Below the pieces are notes generated by a model that worked only from the letters and a program-made list of their open reading frames with translations, made no database searches and was not told the origin of the DNA. A stretch of 64,000 nucleotides of DNA from Amphiura filiformis. Its lineage: Eukaryota. Below, in pieces: positions 60,401 through 64,000 of this stretch (positions are counted from its first letter, which is position 1; every line of letters starts with the position of its first letter). The stretch is taken from positions 51,861,740 through 51,925,739 of the forward strand of contig NC_092647.1 of NCBI RefSeq assembly GCF_039555335.1, read 5' to 3'. A program made the position numbers and the translations under genes.

Positions 60401-62039
60401 TTTATGACATTCTCCTTCTTAAAATAAAATACGATAAAATGTCAATTTGTGAAACAACTTTTATATAGGCCTATACCGGTATACTTATTATATGTTACAT
60501 GTATAGGCATACGTAGCTATTACCATTATACAGTACTATAGACATGCAGACATGGCAGCCTTGATGTGTAATCATCAGCAAGCGCATTCAGTGGGGTGAC
60601 AACGAACTATACATCAGCGGCTAATGTGTGCCTTTTGTGCTTACGGCTACTCAATCACACCCTTGTGTGTTATGGTAACAAAAGGTACTTTTCGTTCCAG
60701 TAAGCGCTTTCTCGCGACTTTCATTTGATCACTTATTAACAGTAGCCTGCTAGGTAAAGCGTTAATACACTGTCGGGTCAGCTTACCGATTTAATAGCGG
60801 AAGCCCTTTGTCCCAAACAAAAGGTGGTACCTTTCGATGAATAGCTTGTCAGATTTCAAATCGGCACAAGGTTTCAATGCGTTACGTAATCTATTTCCTA
60901 TCCATCTTTAATAGCTCCATGGTGGTGTGCGACAACGCCTGGCGATCGCAACAAAAAGGCACTGACAGGCTTAGATCGAGGGACGGGGGTGTGATCTACC
61001 CAATATTTTATATGGGGATGGTCCACGATGATTAAACTTTTGATATCAAATTTGGTGTCAAGCTTCGAAGGAAAGTGTATAGAAAATTATTATATAAATT
61101 ATTTTGCCATAAACTCATCAGACTCTGATTAAATGGGGATGGAACTACCCAGCTAACAATTTTACGTTGTTACAACGTCGTCTTAAAGTTATATAAAGTC
61201 GTATAAACGTAATATATGGACGCTGTAAGTACGTAAATCTGTGAACTCGTATTCGTGTTGTGACAACATTATTCCCGAACGTTAATGTAACGTCATTATT
61301 ACGTTGTTTCGACGTCAAGTTGTGAACGTCGAAACAACGTCACTATGACGTAAAATCAACGTCCGAAAATTAATATTAATTTTTTTTGTTCCTACAATTA
61401 TAATTCACTCTTGTCAATGTTCCTCCATATACATGATATATGTTCAATATGGAGGGGAGGAAGCTTGCTGGATACACAATTAAATGGTTGGGCAAACCTC
61501 ATACTCTTTGGTATTCCTGTTGCGATGATGGTTGCAGTTAATACGGACTCTTTTATATTGGTATTGTTTGGGAAATATGCAAATCAAGATATGACAATAG
61601 AAGAGTGACGTCATCTGACGATGCCGAAGTCACCAATACAGTCCGTCAGAAGGAACGTGCAAGGACGTCGTTGAAGTATCTCATCATATATATGAAGGTA
61701 AACATTTGTTATTGTTATTGGAATTAGTGAAAAAGGAAAAAAAGGAAAAAAGAAGAGCGGGCATTGAATTAAGAATTATTGCTATTGTATTTCTCTTTGT
61801 TAATGATGTGCGTTTTCCACTTTCTGCATGTCCAATTACCTAGGAGCATTTCCAACCATTTTTGATTGAAATAACAGCTATATTAACAATAAAAATTCCT
61901 TTAAAAGGAATAGGGTGGGCAAATGAAAAATTGTCAAGAGAAATGAAAGAATGAGTAAGTCAAGTTCACAATAAATAAAAATTCCTTTAAAAGGAATAGG
62001 GCGAGCAAATGAATTGTCAAGATAAAGGTGTAGTTCCAT

Positions 62040-62400
62040 ATTGATAAGTCCAAGTAAAATAAAAAACATGTTTCACGTCCAGGTTTTTGAAAAAAAGGAG
62101 TAGGAGGGGCCTTTTTATTTTGTATCGCAGAATCGATGTAAATACCCATATTTAGAGCTATTTTAGCGTGCACAATAATGCCTGCAAAAAGGAGGAGGCC
62201 TCTTTTTATTTGTTGTTCTGAGGGGTAGGCCCCTCTAATGATCTCGAAACCTTCCAAATTGTTTCTTGTATATTGAGAAGGCTATAGAAAGCATCTCAAC
62301 TCCCTAGACATAATTTTTTAAAGTTATAACTGAATTGCAAAATATAAAAATATAATTGAAGAAACCTCCAAAAAGGATGGAGGGGACGTGAAACATGTTT
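62040..62400. mobile_element. Foldback element. Terminal aaacatgtttcacgtcc pairs with ggacgtgaaacatgttt. Contains internal duplicated units of about 37 bp.
   Basis: Inverted repeats at 62056 and 62384. aataaaaattcctttaaaaggaatagggYgRgcaaatgaa appears twice (61900, 61973). aaaaaggagKaggaggggcctttttatttgt appears twice. Confidence 0.55.
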
Positions 62401-62479
62401 ATTTTTGTATTTGGCCTAATGCAGTATTACTTCGATTATCACTTGTCATCATTAGCAGAGGAGTGAAATTTTGATTGAA

Positions 62480-62668
62480 AGAATTAAACTAAGGGACGCA
62501 CCATTTGATACTGAGAGGGGGGTAGGAAGTTGGGGTCGGGGAAAGTTTTTTATTTTTTATAGTTGGTGGGGAAAGTTGTTTTTTTTGCTCATGAAGTGGG
62601 TGAATTTTTTTTTTTTTTTGAAAAACTTCCTACCCCACCCTGAGAATCTAATGGTGCATCCCTAAGAA
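62480..62668. mobile_element. MITE-like foldback of about 190 bp
   Basis: taagggacgcaccattt...ggggggtaggaagtt pairs with aacttcctaccccacc...taatggtgcatccctaag. Confidence 0.6.
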
Positions 62669-64000
62669 GGTTTGTGTTTGAAGTTATATAAATAACGAAC
62701 TAAGAGCAATCGAATTAGGACAACAAAATAAAAAAATAAAACCCACACCATAGGACTGTACGGTAAAACATGTACCAACAGGCTACTTTTTAGTCACCCA
62801 CCTTTGTAGGACTACACAACAAAATAGCCCTCCACCATAGGACTTTGCGGTAAAATATTTAGAGGAGTATGCCAATTAAGGCCAAGTAAAAAAAATGTCC
62901 GGACTTTTTCAAAAATTGGTGAGGGAGGTCCTTATTATTTGTTATCGTGTTATTGTTTTACCATTCATTTCTGTGTTAAATTGCAATGGCAAATGTTTGT
63001 CAACACATCATAAAATCGGGGAGGCCCCTAATATTTTTGTTATTTCCCCAAAGCCCTACCCCTAGCTTGAAGAAAGTGTTTGCAATGTGTTTATAAATGA
63101 TAACCAAGAACTTCTAAACATGTCATTTCATCACAACAATTTTATAAACAAAGTAAGGAAGCAAATAGGAAAAATAACTAAAATATTTGAAAATCTCCAA
63201 ATATCGGAGAGGGCGGGGACGATATACACGTTATTTATTTTACTTGGCCTAAACAATGAATCACCACTCATGACTCGAGGTCAAACCATTATGTAAATAA
63301 GATAATGTTTGCATGCGATGTCAAACAAGGAAATGTTGACATAAATTAATTGACTGTTTGGTTTTCACGATGCTATTAATTTAGCCCAAAGATTAGGAAA
63401 ACTAGCAAAACTGGTGAACTGGTACTGTTCAAATAAAAACATCTGCAAATCTTGCTGCAATTTCCAAATAGTATTTCTATTACTTAAATAATTATTTTTG
63501 TTATTTCTTTTAATACAAACACATTACTGCCTATGACGACTTTATCGTATTACTTACATATCAAAATCAAGTAATAATGACAAAACTCGCCGTAAACTAT
63601 CACCTCTGTGGGTGTTTGGGATATAACCGGCACGAATATTTTCTCAACACTGCGGCATGTGAAAAAGTAGGTCAATAGTCAGAGAATACAGGGTGGGTGC
63701 GGCACGCCGCACCCACCCAAAAAAAAGCTTCTGTTATAGGTATTTTAAAAACAACAAATGTGGCATGCTTTTGTTGTTTTCCGGGTACAGCTATTCTGGA
63801 ACTGATATACCCACGCCTGTGTATACCATCCATGTGACTCAAACTAGGGTGGCACTACCAGAAATCCACTAATAGTGGCTGTTAATTTCTAGAACAGGCA
63901 GCACATCGAGCGTAGCATTATGCTGAAAATGTAATATCTGTATAACAGTTTTGACATACGTGCCTACCAATACACAATATTTTTGGTTCGGTTATTGACG

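Noticed and set aside
59958-60407. 149-aa + strand ORF
   Set aside because: It is a CT-rich low-complexity tract (LSFLFSLSP...). It has no start or splice context.
1-64000. Prokaryotic defence system, operon or CRISPR array
   Set aside because: The sequence is plainly eukaryotic. It has GT-AG introns with polypyrimidine tracts, microsatellites, SINE, LINE and MITE content, and a vertebrate-like multi-exon gene. No direct-repeat and spacer architecture is present. No operon-like gene packing is present either.

Overview
Eukaryotic nuclear DNA, most likely from an invertebrate deuterostome: AT-rich, spliceosomal GT-AG introns, Deu-domain-like tRNA-derived SINEs, degenerate CCCTAA tracts, LINEs, Tc1/mariner elements and many MITEs. 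I found no prokaryotic-style operon, CRISPR array or defence island. One large multi-exon gene on the + strand fills almost the whole window, from 7540 to beyond 56329. It is an ortholog of PARP4 (vault poly-ADP-ribose polymerase). I reconstructed 32 coding exons with consistent intron phases. They encode the full PARP4 domain order: BRCT, PARP helical regulatory domain, PARP catalytic domain with the His-Tyr-Glu triad intact, VIT, vWA with a DxSxS metal-binding motif, and a C-terminal major-vault-protein-interaction-like region. The stop codon and 3' terminal exon were not located. Two introns appear to be GC-AG, both with a GCAAGT donor. One 1.65-kb exon (exon 30) has no counterpart in human PARP4. 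It carries three acidic tandem repeats, a polyproline tract and a WH2-like motif. The introns and flanks are packed with transposable elements. These include two LINE ORF2 fragments, one bracketed by CCCTAA-like tracts. There are also Deu-domain-like SINEs, a second SINE family with one copy abutting an acceptor site, and Tc1-like elements with about 200-bp terminal inverted repeats. Finally there are many MITE and foldback families and a 3.3-kb A-B-B-A tandem duplication that holds inverted pairs of tRNA-like sequences. All coordinates come from manual reading of the sequence. Exon ends are accurate to the splice dinucleotide where stated. Repeat ends are accurate to about ±10 bp.
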